A stretch of DNA of 62,911 nt, filler included, from Kipferlia bialata (GCA_003568945.1; 5 parts of 5 records of this genome joined end to end with filler, not necessarily neighbours in it), one strand, 5' to 3'; shown: positions 36,373-50,567, counted from the first letter of the whole stretch. Program-made: numbers and translations. Notes: generated by a model from the sequence alone, not told the origin.

Positions 36373-39300
36373 GGGCAGCTATGTTACTGGCCCTGGACAC
36401 AGAAGAGCTCTCTCTCTCTCTCCCTCTCTCAGCCCCAGGGCACCCTCCGCAACAGACCCAAGACATGGCACATGGGGGGCATGGCAGGGGTCATGGCACA
36501 GACAGCTCTCAACAGACAGGTGGGTGGGTGTCCCATACACTAATACACTCACATGGATATGTGTAGTCCCTGGGAACGACTGACCATGGACGTATATACC
36601 CCACGTCTATGATGTCCCCTCCCACCCCCCAGGTGTATGACGCCTCTGTCTCCCCCTTGATCCCCTCCATTGTGGAGGGGGACACGGCATGCTGCTTCTG
36701 CTACGGACACACAGGTGCTAACACACAATATCTATATTCTTATCAATAGCACAGATATGTCTCCTCTCATACCTAGAGGTGCTGACAAGACCCGCACCAT
36801 CATTGGATAAGCAGTCTGTGTATTTAAGACTTATATTGATATTTACTGCACATATTTGTCTGATTCAGGTGCTGCCAAGACCCACACCATCATAAGTAAC
36901 TAAAGTGCAATATGATATACTATACTAAGTGTATAGCTATGTATTCTACCACATACTAACTTAGTATTACTAAGCATCACTAAGTGTTACTAAGTATTAC
37001 TAAGTACATAGGTGCCGGCAAGACCCACACCATCATTGGATACAGTACCATACCTTACTCTACTAAGTATAAATATCTCTATATATTTCATACTACTTCA
37101 TACCATATACTAAGTATAGGTGCTGGCAAGACCCACACCGTCATGGGCTACAGGGGTGAGCCAGGCCTGTACTCCCTGGCCGCAGCTGATCTGTGTCACG
37201 CAATTGGGCAGAAGGTATTAGTATTGTAGCATATGGTAGGTGGGGGGCAGGTTCAAACAGTACCAATCAATATTCCCCCCCTATCAACTCACAATCACAT
37301 GAGACATAGGTTTAGCACACTACCAGAGAGGTATATTTTCCCTCCGTAACTCTCTTATGTCTCGGTCTCACCCCAGAATGCTGGCCTTTTGCTCCAGATC
37401 AGGTTTGCAGAGATATACAACGGGAAGGTATGGTGACTCTCTCTGCTCTCTTCCTCTCCCCCCACCTTGGGGTACTGACCATATACACACAGTATTCATT
37501 GATGCCATCTATACTGACCTCCAGGTGTATGACCTTCTGCGTGGCAGGGCTGAGTGCACAGCCAGACAGGCCGAGGACGGCAAGGTATGGGTATATGGAC
37601 TACACTCTGTATGGATATATTGTGTACATGTGTACATGTATGTGTTGACAGGCCGAGGACGGCAAAGTATATGTATATGGACTGTACTATGTATGACTAT
37701 GTGTTATAGAGTAGTATTTGTATCTGTTGACAGGTCAAGGACGTCAGTTTCATGTATACAAGACATACTATGCATCACTCATCGCCACTTCCCCCACCCC
37801 TTAGGTCCACATCCGGTCTGCTGCCCTCAAGGACGACAAGGGCCGTGTCACAGTACATCCCCTCCATGCACTGACCACAGACACACAGGAGGGTATGTCA
37901 CTTGTGTATATATATATATATGGTATATGTATATAGTATACATATATAGAGAGTGTATCAACTCTGCATCCCCTGCATGCACTGACCACAGACACACAGG
38001 AGGGTGGGGGGGGTGGCTGAATAACAGGCACAGAATGTATACAGAATGTAGTATACAATCCCTCCCTCTTATTCCAGGCCTCGATGCCATTGTTTCCCTG
38101 GTCATTTTCTATAGATAATATATAGCGTACGTGTTATATGCATATACAGTGTATATACCTTATCCCAGGCCTCGATGCCATTGTGGCCCAGGGCATGGCT
38201 GTCAGGAAGGTCGGGTCCTCCTCCCTACACGACGAGTCGAGTAGGTCACACGCCTTGCTCTACATAGAGGTATGGACAGATGCACATGTGCTACCGTCCC
38301 ATATCACGAAGTGTATTTGAGTAGGGAGGCTTGTCCCTCCCTCTCCAATCCATATTCGTAGTGTTGGTGTCCGTGTGTGGTGTTACTGTTAGTTGTATAA
38401 TGTGAATAGCACTACCGTATCTCTAACCCCTAAGGTTGTGAACCGTGCCCTGCTGTCACTGAGGGAGTCCATCATAGCACAGGAGGGCGAGGTGGCAAAG
38501 GCAGGTGGGTGGAGGGTGGTGGATGTCTATATATCATATAGTTGAGGTGGATCTCAGTACGGGATACTATTGGATGTTTGTGTAGTCGTCTGCCTGTACT
38601 TCACACACTGTCAATTGGCTACATTGTTGCCTCCTCACCCCCCAGGCCTCCCCTACGATGACCTGTATCTCAAGGAGCAGCACAAGATGTACAAGCTGGA
38701 TGAGGAGACAGGGCAGGTGCGGGGATACTGTACAACCACCCCAAACGGGCAAGTATGAATGTCTTGTTCTCACTCTACCAGTCCCATACTAACCCTAGTG
38801 GGGCCCTGCACCCCTGGCAGACTATGACTCAGAGGGTCTGGCAAGGCTCAAGGTGGGTCGGTACTGACGCCATCTCTACCAGTCATCTAGAGCGTAGTGG
38901 ATGTAGTTGTGTTAGCAGTTTACTGTATACTATCCTCTCTGTACACTGACATCAAGGTCGTGGTTGACAGAGAGGCAGCTATCCTGGCTGACTTGCAGGC
39001 TCAGGAACAGACAGTCGTGGAGGTAGGGGAATCCCTATATAGTCTCTCTCACACAGACTAATAGTATCACTCAATACACTAATACCATCAGGAGTGCCGT
39101 GCCCTTGGCCACACTGTGGGTGGCACCCTAGTGCTGATAGACCTGGCAGGGGCAGAGTATGGGATCACGGGCGGTAAGCAGGTAATACCTTGGTTTCTAT
39201 TAATACGCGTTGCATTCTATGACTATGTATGGGTTTGTACCTGACCTATAGGTGACCCCCAAGCAGAGAAGAGAGGGACAGGAGATCAACAAGACACTGC

Positions 39301-39791
39301 TGGCACTCAAGGAGTGCATCAGGGGAATGCACAGGTTAGAGGCACATTGGATGTATATCGACATTGCCACTTTTCTGCTAGAATTCTCTCTTTCGCCAGT
39401 GATGGTAGCCGTTCTTTCCGATCTTTCCCATGTTTCTGTGTCTATCCCTCTAGATACTCTCTATCTCAATTCCTCGACATATATGTGTGTATCTTTCCCT
39501 GACGCAGTGGTGCCCCCCATGTCCCCTTCAGAAACAGCACCCTGACACTGGTACTCAGACAGCACCTACAGGTACAGCATGATACATGTGTAAGTGTGTC
39601 TGCAGTGTGACTACATATCCACTGATACTCCACTATCTGTAGTGTCACCAGACGTGGCCTAACCTGTCTAACCCTAGGCCGAGCACAGTCGCACTGTCAT
39701 GGTGACCAACATATCCCCCTCTGCCAAGCACCTCCAAAAGACAGTCAACACTCTGCAGTATGCTGCACTCGTCGCAGATGCCAGTAAGTGA
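36373..39791 (+). CDS. Kinesin motor, divergent kinesin-13-like, 5'-truncated
   Basis: YGHTGAGKTHT P-loop, FAEIYNGKVYDLL, HDESSRSHA (switch I), LIDLAGAE (switch II), EINKTLLALKECIRGM, HVPFRNSTLTLVLR, RTVMVTNISP; TGA at 39789-39791. Confidence 0.9.
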
Positions 39792-40595
39792 GTGCTGTTA
39801 GTAGCAGCACCGTTACATGATTAGAACGGGTTGATAGCCGCTAGGACGTCTTTTCATATGGAGAGTAGTTGCAAATAGGGTGACCTATCAGACACTTGAG
39901 AAGCCAACACTTGGATACTACAAACCTTAAAGTATAGAGACTCCCTGTTAGTAGTCCAAAATAGACATCACTCAAAGCAATTGTGTTGTTGTTGTCAAAA
40001 CCTGTCACCTACTATGGTAGATGGATACAACTGGGTTACTTGTTAAGTATGAGATACAATACTGGAGACGACCATTCGACGACAATATGCATGTGAACTC
40101 CAGCTACAGTAACGCATTCAGTCCCAAGACTCTGTACACAGTGCTACGTCTCTCGGTACTTGTTCCCGGTGAGCTCATCAGTATTAGTGACGCAAGCAAC
40201 CATGCGCATGGCAAGGAATACTGCAAATGTGTGGTGTTATCAGGTCTTGTGATGATTGGCGTTCCACTCCTATGGAGTCCACACTCTTCATACGGTGTCT
40301 CGGAGTCAAAAATGGACATGCCTTACGAAAACAAATCCCTGTTACACTATGATATATCAATTAGTCAGTTTTATACAGTCACGATGATATTACTACCGAC
40401 AGAGTTACAGAACTCTGCTAGTGTATGACGCCCTGTGGTCAACTATCTAATCGAAGACCATTCTTCTATTCTACGGATATCCAATCTCTAATCTTTCCAT
40501 TCTAGAGCACTGCGTCGTCCAGCCGTGTTTACCCACAATATCCATCCGTAGGAACCTCTGATACCCTGGCTGGCAGCGTGAACCTGCCCCCAAGG

Positions 40596-43446
40596 TCACG
40601 CTTCCCCTAACTCCACCTCCTGCACTGTCACATAGTCCAGCTCTAGGGCCACGTCCTCACCACCCTGGCGGTAGTTGGCTATGATCAGGGACTGGGGTGA
40701 GGGGCTTGGACGTTCGGGAGTAGAGGGGCACAAGTTGCGCGTATGAATATATTGCATACGTTCTTATAGATCAAGGTAAATGGAATGTGGTACAAGTGGG
40801 GTCTGACAGGCGTGGTACAGTGAATTCTCCCCTTGCCATACACAGCTCCTGGGTACCACATCTGGTTGGAGTGCAGCACCCCGTCAGGCCTCTCTGGGTG
40901 AGTGTACGAGAACACTCCCCGCATCACCCCTCCCCTTGGGTTTGTTGGGTATGTCGTGGGTGTTGATGGGACCCTGACAGCAGAGGCTGACGAGTAGTGC
41001 CAGGTGCCTCCAGCCCTAGTGTCAGTGTTAGTACATTCTCAGCAGATCAAATACCATGTATGTATATACTAAGATACTATTCTGACACTGACCTCATCAA
41101 TCGCACACCCGTTCCCACACCCAGGGTCTGAGTGGGTGTAAGGGGAGTTGGGCTGAGGTGACTCGCAAGTGACACACACCACTCCCCCTCCTTAACCCTC
41201 TCCACACCCCTCACAAAGGTAGTGGTGGGATCCCATGGATCCTTGTCGGGATCACCAGTGGGTGTCCTGAGTCTGTTTGGGAGGTCAGAGAGGTCAGACC
41301 TTGCACCAAAGGCCACACTGACATGGGTGTTAGGGGTAGGTAGCACCCACTGAGACCCGTCTGCGATGTATATCCTGGTGTCTGTGCCACAAGCAGGACG
41401 TGAGAGAGTGGTGATGGGACTGATACACTTCACATCGGAGCAGGATATGAGGCGCCTCTCGCTGTCGCAGGATACCACACCCAAGTAGCACATGCTCAGA
41501 CACGTGCCAGCCGACCTGCGGGGTCAGACTATTCTGTAATACTGTCAGAGACTCTGACTCAGAGTACATATACATGAGTATGGGTGTCACACCCTGTGTT
41601 GCCCTATATATAGGTCTATGTGGGTGTACATATATGTACCTCATTCTCCCCACCACCCTGTACCCCTTGGCTGGGTCTACCCTGAACAGGCCTCTCGACA
41701 TCATGCCACAATGTGCTCTCTGTATCACTCCCTTGCCATCGGGTGCTCTCTCTACATCTCTGTCCCACTGTGTGGTTGATAGGGGGGATCCCGGGTGCAC
41801 ATGTGCTGGACGTCCATCAGGGTCAGCTGACTATGAGAGACAACGTCTATGTACATGAGTCTGAGTTTGTAATTGATGGAATAGTATGAATATGTCAGTC
41901 ACACACAAACAGCGTTCAACGATGCACATGTCACACAAATACCTCAGCGCCACATGTGTGACAAGGGGCAGTGGTTGTGGCCATACCAGTACCCTCGGTC
42001 CCGTGGCACAGGACGAGAGTGTCAAGGTACTCAGAGGAGACAGGCCCATGGGAGAGGAGCATGGCCACAGACATATCTGAGGGTGAGGCTTGTATACTAG
42101 ACGTGTCCAGAAGTATAGTAGATCTATTAGTATTCATGGTGTATACATGATGTGTACTGTGAATAGGTATTATGTGTAAGGGAGATGAAGATGGTCATAC
42201 ACATGTCCGGGTGTGAGATGGTACTACAGTGCAGTAACTGCACAATTATAGTGTGCATGGGCCATGCTCAAAGCATGGGCATAGCCACAGCTGAAAGCGA
42301 CGCAGTGAGTAGACATGAACATTATGATGAGGTCTAGTGAGCTATGGTAGAACCATAATGGTACAGTGTGCCATGTGTCACACATGACCCAAGTGTGTAA
42401 ATTGTATTGTATAAACCTTCGGACAGCTGCACTGCAGTACCCGACCCTCTGCAATGGGGTAGCTGCAGCACCCCCCTCCCTCCTTCAGCACATGCATCCT
42501 ACATGCTGCATCGTGTGTTGTGTCCACCAGTACAGTGGTCACTAGCATGGGGGGTAGAGACACACTGGGTATGGGACCATTGGTACACCCAGCTGGCATC
42601 ATCCCCACACCCACTCCACCCCCACACCCCATCAGTCTGTACATGTGCACAGTGCCAGTGTCACCAAGGGGTAGGGTGGTGGTGAGGGTGGACAGCCAGT
42701 GTAGCCTGGGGTAAAGGTGGGCTGGCAGTGGCAGAAAGAGAAACCAGCATGTATGTACTAATGCATAGTGAGTAGCCTGCTCTCAGAGTAGATGTCACCT
42801 GCTGAACACACCACCGCAGTCAGTATTGCCCCAGGACTGTACCTCTGGGGCTGGGGCAGAGGGTGGGTTCGCACAGTCAGAGAGAGGTCTGGAGATCAGG
42901 CGTGGATGTGTATATCATTATAATATCGTTTTTATACTAGAAGAAGACACATATATAGTTTAGCTACTAGAAGAAGACTGAGATGAGTGTCACATCTTAG
43001 AGGGTGACAAGTGACTGGTAAGTAGCTGTAGACAGAAGTGACCTTCAGCATGATGACATGCTTCTAGCATGACGCTAGTAGTTCAGAGTGATGCTCTACA
43101 CCTGACATACCTCTTTGCGTCTGACGAGTCTGTCTCTCCCTCTCTCTCCTTCTCTGTCCCTTGTGTCTCAGGGGCAAGTCTCTTGGTGACAGAGTCTACA
43201 GTCGCTGGGTCCACTACCTCCTGTCTCTCAGGCAGATACGTGTCTGATGGTGAGTGTAAGGGCCATAAAGAACACCGGTAGCATACAAATGCATCTGATT
43301 GAGGGCGATATAGAGATCGTGTATTGTACTGATGAGACCCCTACACGGAGTCAGAAGAAGACCAGGCACCCACCAGCTCTGACTATCTCTCCTAGGGCAT
43401 CGTCTTCAAGGCACACAGGGCCAGTGTCTCTGGGGGCAGGTGCCAT
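40596..43446 (-). CDS. Hypothetical protein(s), multi-exon; may be one gene or two
   Basis: Phase-consistent exon chains 43446 to about 42417 and about 42077 to 40596. I could not bridge 42100-42400 without a stop. No recognisable domain. Confidence 0.45.
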
Positions 43447-44390
43447 GTCAGACTGAGGCCAGGGTTTATATTCAGTGTGAAAGAGAGACTGAATGCATGT
43501 CACGGTGACCGGACCCTTAATCCACAAAGAATGAACATCACTTCACTGGACCCTGTCATTCTACTGACGACGCAGCTCCTGGCAGACTGAGACAAATGTA
43601 TTCGAGACTGACGTGTGTTAAGTTACAAATTGTAACTTACAATCATTGCACAGACTCTCTGTCACTGTGACTCACAGACTGTGACTCTGTCCAAGAGTTA
43701 GTTATGACTCCCACTAAACCCTTAACTCTCTGAGAGCTCTCTTGCCCTCTATGCATTGTGACTTAAGCTCTTCACAAGAGGGCTTTGCAGTGTGGGAAGT
43801 AGAGAACACTAGGTCTAGGCCAGTGGTAGAGCCTGGACACCGCTACCAATCCCCGCAACGCAATGACTATGAGCCATACGAGACTTGCACACTGGCTAAT
43901 AGGTGTTTCGTCACAGTACCTATATTGAAGTGAGGGTGGGTGCTAATACTGACTGCTAAATTGTTCCGACTTCAAATGTTTATGCGTACTGCTATCATCA
44001 CAAATACTCACAAACAGGTTCTCCCTAGTAGAGTAGCTGGTTACATACCAGAGTAAGCAGCCATAACTGTATACACTCTGTCTCAGTCCCTAATGAAGTC
44101 TGCAGGACCGATAATGCCAGTATCGTCCGTGACGCTATGGGTGTCCAGAGACAGGATGAACCAGGGAGACTGCCACTTCAGACGCTCGATGCTGAGGTTA
44201 ACACTGAATGCCTTAATATACTATGGATTTGGATAGGTTACAGACAGAAGAGGAACCACATATGAACCGATGTACGTGTATTGCACTCAAATCACTACAA
44301 TTAAGAGACATCCACGAAAACGCGAAAATCCCCCACAGTGAGGTAAGACTCTCAAACTCCACCTCATACTCTCAATATGAACACATGATA

Positions 44391-46707
44391 CTACTCTAGA
44401 GAGACCATTCGCTTAGGGTGCTCCATAGGAATCCACACATGGAAGATACATGAACACCAGTAGCAGCGTATATACCCATACCTGCTGTCTGACAGTCTGA
44501 CCATGAACCTCCCCCCGTCGAGCTGTGCTGCCCAGCCCAGCCACATGGAGGTGTGGCAGCAGAGGGTCCACTCCCCAGTGACCCAGTCGTATACCCAGAT
44601 GCCGTAGTAGGCACCGTCCCTGCTGGACTTCCTCGCCTTCTGGGTTCAGAGAGAGAGAATAGGAGAGAGGGGAAGAAGGGCTGGACAGAGAGTATGTGTT
44701 CCTTAGATGGACATAGAGACAGATGTACTATAATAGAAAATTGAATGAACATACCTTGGTCAGCAACCCCCACACGAGGGATTGGGTAGGGGACACGGCT
44801 AAGGCACGCACAAGTTCCTCACAGCTGCTTGGAAGTTGCCCCGAAGCAGGCACCTCAGCATAAGTATGTATATATACAATGATATGTGGATATACTGACA
44901 TCTCAATATATATACACTGAGAGTGATATACATAGTGGGTCATGATTGCCTGAAACGTGTATCCCTAGACTCTATGTGCTACACACTGTACCTCCTTCCA
45001 TCCTTCCTGGAGACTGAACTGCTGGGATATCCACCCCTCCTTCCTGTTACGGATGGTCCCAGACAGACGAAGCAGCCTGGGGTGAATGGAGTGTGGTGTG
45101 ATCAACACCAGCTTAACGGAGACTGAGCCCACCACCCACATCCCTGCCTACCCTATATCATGCACTGTACTGTATGCACACACTCACCTGTCCCCGTTGG
45201 TCATGTGGAACACCCTCAGGAACTGGTCTGCCTCCAAATCCTCGTGGTCATCCTCATCCTCATGCACAACACGCCCAGCCCGGCAACGCCAGCGCCCACT
45301 CTCCCCCTCCCCCTCCCCCTCAGCGGCGGGATCGAACTCCATCGTGTGTCCATCCTGGCCCAGGAATATGAGGTGGCCCCCCAGGACAAAGAAGTTCTGA
45401 GTCAGGTTGAGAAAGAATCAGAGACCCCTTCACTTAACATATATATGCTGGCATATGTATACACAGAAATCTCACATATCATACAGTACACAACACACTA
45501 TATTCTATATCATAAAATACACAAAGAGAGTTTTTAATATTCTATATCATATAAAATACACAAAGAGAGTATTAAATATTCTATATCATATAAAATACAC
45601 AAAGAGAGACAGAGAGCATGGGATTGGTGAAGCACACACCGAGTGTCTCCTGGGGTCCCAGTCCCCCTCTGTCTTGGGAAGGGTGCCATACACACCTGGC
45701 AGTGAGGACGTGACAGGGGGTGACATGATACAAGGGTGAACTGCATTCAAAGCTACCTTACATCTATGACACAGGCAGGTGTCCATGCTATAATACAGTG
45801 TATAACACAAATCCAGAGGAAGAGAGAGAGAGAGGTAGGAGAAGGAGTCGACATACCAATGTTCTAACACCCCTACATCTGATACCCCAACAGCCTACCT
45901 ACATCATCGCACTGGCAATACTTGACCGTCAGAGGGGCCCTCCCTCCCCTGAGGATCTTCTGTCTGCAGAACAGCACCTGGGGTGGGGAAATCAGTATCA
46001 GTACCAGTACCAGAGGGACAATGCAACGCACACTCTCAATGTCACGTGAATGTGTAGGTGTCTACATGTTGAGTGTAGAGAATCTCCCGAGCATAATACT
46101 CAATACATGGGTCTCAGATACCGAAGCTCACCCCTTCTAGTTTGGCCTATGAAATGACATTCATATTGAGACATACTTCGGAGGGGGGGGGTAGAGAGAG
46201 AGAGAGAGTGCCTACCTTATCGTCCATTCTCAGAACAGTGGCTGTTGCCCACTTGTCGTAGGACAGGTCGATACCCTTTCTGCGGCACACAAGAGTGGCT
46301 TCAGTGCCTGTGGCGTCATCACGAGGGGTGATGTGATACACACCGGCGTCTGGGATAAGATACAGCCAGGGGAAGGGGGAGAGAGAAAGAACGGAGATAC
46401 AGACAGCGTGCCAATGCCATATACATATACATATACATTTGACGCACGAGTACATATGATACCAATATGAGGAAACTTGAAAGAGGTGGAACTATCTCAT
46501 AAATGCCTCTCCTCAGTATCTGATACTGATACTGCATTGAATTCACTCCGTACCATAGTTGATGACGCTGTCGTTCCCCATGAATGTAGGTCTGAACCTT
46601 CTACTCTTCATTGGCGTGTCCAGCTCAGGGGCCAGGGTCAGGGGCTCCAGGCTCAGGAAGTAGTCGTGGTTGTTGAGGAAGTCATCGAGGCTCAGGGTGG
46701 GGTACAT
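44391..46707 (-). CDS. Hypothetical protein, possibly kelch-like beta-propeller; 5' end uncertain
   Basis: Spliced exons include FFVLGGHLIFLG, MEFDP...W and IWVYDWVTGEWT, which resemble blade-end motifs. Confidence 0.5.
45501..45608. repeat. Intronic tandem repeat, about 3 copies of a ~38-nt unit
   Basis: TATTCTATATCATA(T)AAATACACAAAGAGAG occurs three times. Confidence 0.9.
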
Positions 46708-46910
46708 CTTATGGTGAGGGCCCGGTGACGTTAGGAGAGAGCACAGGTGTGTATATAGTGAGAGGGTGAAAGAGATGACAAAGGATGTCCAGGGTGAGGG
46801 GGAGAGAGAGGCAGGAATGTGGCGTAAGGAGCAAGGTGAAGACGGTTGCATATGGTAGGGTGTGTGGCATAGTGAAGTGTGTAGAGCAGAGTGGGTATAA
46901 GGCTTGTGTG

Positions 46911-46950
46911 GAGATTCTGGGGGATTCTGGGGGATTCTGGGGGATTCTGG
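46911..46950. repeat. (GGGGGATTCT)n decamer repeat
   Basis: About four tandem copies near the contig end. Confidence 0.85.
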
Positions 46951-46990
46951 GGGGGGGGGGGGGGAGGGGGCCAAAAAAAAGACAAAAAAA

Positions 46991-47090
46991 NNNNNNNNNN
47001 NNNNNNNNNNNNNNNNNNNNNNNNNNNNNNNNNNTTAATTAATTAANNNNNNNNNNNNNNNNNNNNNNNNNNNNNNNNNNNNNNNNNNNN
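46991..47090. other. Artificial contig spacer
   Basis: N44-TTAATTAATTAA-N44. Confidence 0.98.
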
Positions 47091-47098
47091 CCTCCTTC

Positions 47099-47130
<32 letters not shown>

Positions 47131-47155
47131 TTCATCCTCTCCCCCTAACCACCAG

Positions 47156-50100
47156 AGCCGCTATGCGCATGTCCAGGAATGACCCCCAGATCCTCAACTG
47201 GAATGCAGATCTCTGCATGTTCTGGCGGAATAACAGTGTCCACGTGTCCACTTGGCCGAGAATAGGGGCTAGGTGTGGTAGCCAGCTGTCATATAGTATT
47301 AATCCTTGCGTACATATATATTGATAATGATTATATATATACATATGCGGGTTCCGTCTTATCATCAGGGATGTGGATCTCTACCAGCTGTACAGGGCCA
47401 TATCAAGTGAGGGCGGATTGAACAAGGTGAGATGGGGTCTCATGTCACCTCACAGGCCTATCCTATACCAACCTACTCAGCTCTACTGGTTCATTGTCTG
47501 ATGCTTCTCTGTAACCCGTAGGTGCTGCTAGACGGTGGCTTCCCCAGGATAGCCAGACAGCTGCGGTACAGTCATCCCGAGCACTGCCCAGGTGAGAGGG
47601 CGCTGGTATTCATCTATCTGTGTGTGTGTATTCTGAGTATGCATCCAGCATATCTGACCCAAGGCCAGCTGATCCGCATCTGCTACGAGAAGACCCTGTT
47701 TCTCTTCGAGCAGCAGGCCCTCTTCAGCCAAAGGGCCTCGCAGGAGCAGGTGGGTGGGTGACATGGATGTGTGGGGAAGGGTATGCGTCAGATTCAGAGC
47801 GAAGTCTCAATACTGTTTAAGTGTCCTGCTGGTGTACTATTCAGCCACTATCATTGGTCCCACCCCAGATCCGGTATGTCAGGATGGTGTGGCTCAAGTA
47901 CCCAAGGGACTGGACCTCAGACACCCCCTCCGACCCCTCGGAGGCACAGGTGCGGCAGAAAACTCTGGAAGCAGTGCTAGAGTCAGTCGTGGAGTGTATC
48001 TGTTGCGTATGGGTATATATTGATATATATATGTATATACTATTACTATTACTATGACTGTTCCCCCTAACTATCCTAGGCCATCCGTGAACTTGCATCC
48101 ACGGCCCCTTTCAACGACCACCGTGCCACCCCCGTGCCCACCCATGTACTGAGTGAGGAGGCAGCCCAGGTGGGGGCATGGCAGATAACAGATATCAGTA
48201 CATCAGATATCAATGAAACGGACAGCGGGTGTTGGATGTATACCATTCTCGTCTCACGCCAGACCCGTGATGTCCTTGCGCCCTCCCAGCTGAGGACAGT
48301 GATGGACCAGTGTCAGACGGCAGTGGCCTGTGGCAGCCTGAGGGGACAGGTATGATATCTATATATATATATTCCATATGTGGGAGTGTGTGTTATAGCT
48401 ACATTAGCCCTGTGTATCTAGAGAGTGTCTCGCCCACCCCAGGCCGACGTGACCTCTGCGCTAGACAGGGTCGAGGCCTGGTTGGCCGGGGGTGCCGCCC
48501 GTGCCCACCCCTCCACCCTCCGGAGGGATGTGCTGCCAGACAGTGTGGACGTCACCATCAGGTGAGGGGCAGCGGGGTGGTAGTTGCCCATTGGCTGGTG
48601 TGTATCTCATCAGTCATCTCTACTCAATGCAGAAAGGGTCCAGGGCGGAGACCAAAGGGTGCTAGCAAGTTTGCCACAATTCCTCCCATTGCGCCAGTCC
48701 CAGCCGTTGGTCCCCATCTACCAGGTGCCATATGTGTGTATACCGTGATGTGTATATATACCGTGTGTATATCACGTATATGTACCATTGCCTGCCTCCT
48801 CCCTCATTGGACACATCTTCTACCCACCAAACCTAACCTTACCTTACCTTACCTTACCGTACCGTACCTTACCTTACCTTACCTTACCTTCAGCGGATGG
48901 GTTGACGGGTACAGCTGGGCTGGGCTCCCTTGGCGTGGCTCTCCTCAAGGAGGCCGTGTCCTGGGTGGCCGATGCCTCGGACGCCCCTCCCCTCTCCGTC
49001 CCCCCCGTCCCCCCTGTGCCCACAGCAGACAGGCACCGGTGGGTGGGGGACACACTGCTAAGAGTGGTCAGAGTGGCTGGGGCACTCGGCACCGCCACCC
49101 AGGCAGCAGTAGGTGGGTGACCATGTGCGGGTAGTGTATGTATAGCGGGTAGTCACTGCAGTCTCAACCCACCCCTCTTATTACGATGATGACCCACCCT
49201 CACTGTTAGTGAAGGATACCTCCCTAATCGGGGTTCTGTTCTCCCTGGCGTCTGGTATATCCCACCCTGCCATCCTGCAGCAGCGCACCCCGTGCTCCGT
49301 CTTCCCCCCCTCCCTCCCCCACTCCCTCCCCCCCTCTCTGGGTGAAGAGGCCGTCCTCGCCCTCATCCCCCTGGCCCCTGCCCCCATCCACCTCGACTCC
49401 CTCCCTATCGACCCAGGTGAGTAGTAGTGGGGGATGGGTCACGTGGGTCTGTATGTGTTATCTTGCCCGATTGACCCTGTTTCACCTACACTCTTTCCAC
49501 TACACCGTCCCAATAGCCCCTTCACCCTAAGGAGTGGTCTTGAAGTCTCTACTGGCGCCCCCTTTCTCCCTTCCTAGAGTGTATCTACTGGCCCAGCTGC
49601 TGACCTCTACCCGTAACCTCCAAGCGTTGCAGATGGGCACCCGTCCGCATGTGGGTACATAGGTGTATAAACTTGGATGGATGCATTTTCTCACTCGCAG
49701 GATATGATTTCTGGGTTACGCTCTGTCCTCTCTCAGTGTGCCCCAGACTCTCTGTATGCCCAGCGTGCGTACCTAGACTGCAAACCAGGCCAGGGTGATG
49801 GGGATGGGGAGACCGCCCCTGCCGTCCCGCCTTTCCACCCCCCTGGCTATCCACCCCATGGCTCTGGGGCACCCTCCCGACTCAGCGTGCCCTGCCCCCC
49901 TCTACCCCTCTCCCAAAGGGTCCAGGCCGTCCTGTCCTCAGCTGGGCCCCTCAGGGAAGGGGTGGGACCGAATAGGGGCTGGGTCGGCCACACGCGCACG
50001 GGTCTGGCCCACCTGCCAGTACCGCTCCACCCCCTAGCCTCGCACCTGGCCCTGTCCCGCCTAGCCATCCAGTGTATGCACGGCATGTGCCAAGATAACC

Positions 50101-50530
50101 AGGTGGGGGGGTGCATATGGATATGCGCATTTCAGATCTATCAATGTAGATGAGTGATGCATTCCACACTATCCTATGCTATCTGTGAGATTTACAGGGT
50201 TCTCACAGCAGAGTCGGCGTATAGGCAACCGAGACACGTCTAGCATCTATGCCTCCCTTCTTGCCACTGACACCGTCCTAGTGGAACGGCTGACACGGTG
50301 TGTGGATATGGGGACAGACGCCATGGTGCCCACGCTCCACTCCGTCAGACACCTGTACCTGGCCGACATCCACCTGGGGCCCAAGGGGGGAGGGGTGGGG
50401 ATGGGGGGGGCAACCTTCATCGCACCAGTTACATCCACCCGCACTAAGCTATGCTACTCCTCGCCTGACGCAGACCTCGCACAGCTGTTACTGCCCTTGC
50501 GACAGGACGCGGCGCTCATGGTCGTACAGG

Positions 50531-50567
<37 letters not shown>

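Noticed and set aside
36777..37145. CRISPR-like array of ~27-nt repeats with spacers
   Set aside because: The repeats are copies of kinesin P-loop coding sequence inside a eukaryotic intron, spacing is irregular and no cas genes are present.
40021..40428. 135-aa ORF between convergent genes
   Set aside because: Atypical codon usage for this genome, no motif and no supporting splice structure.
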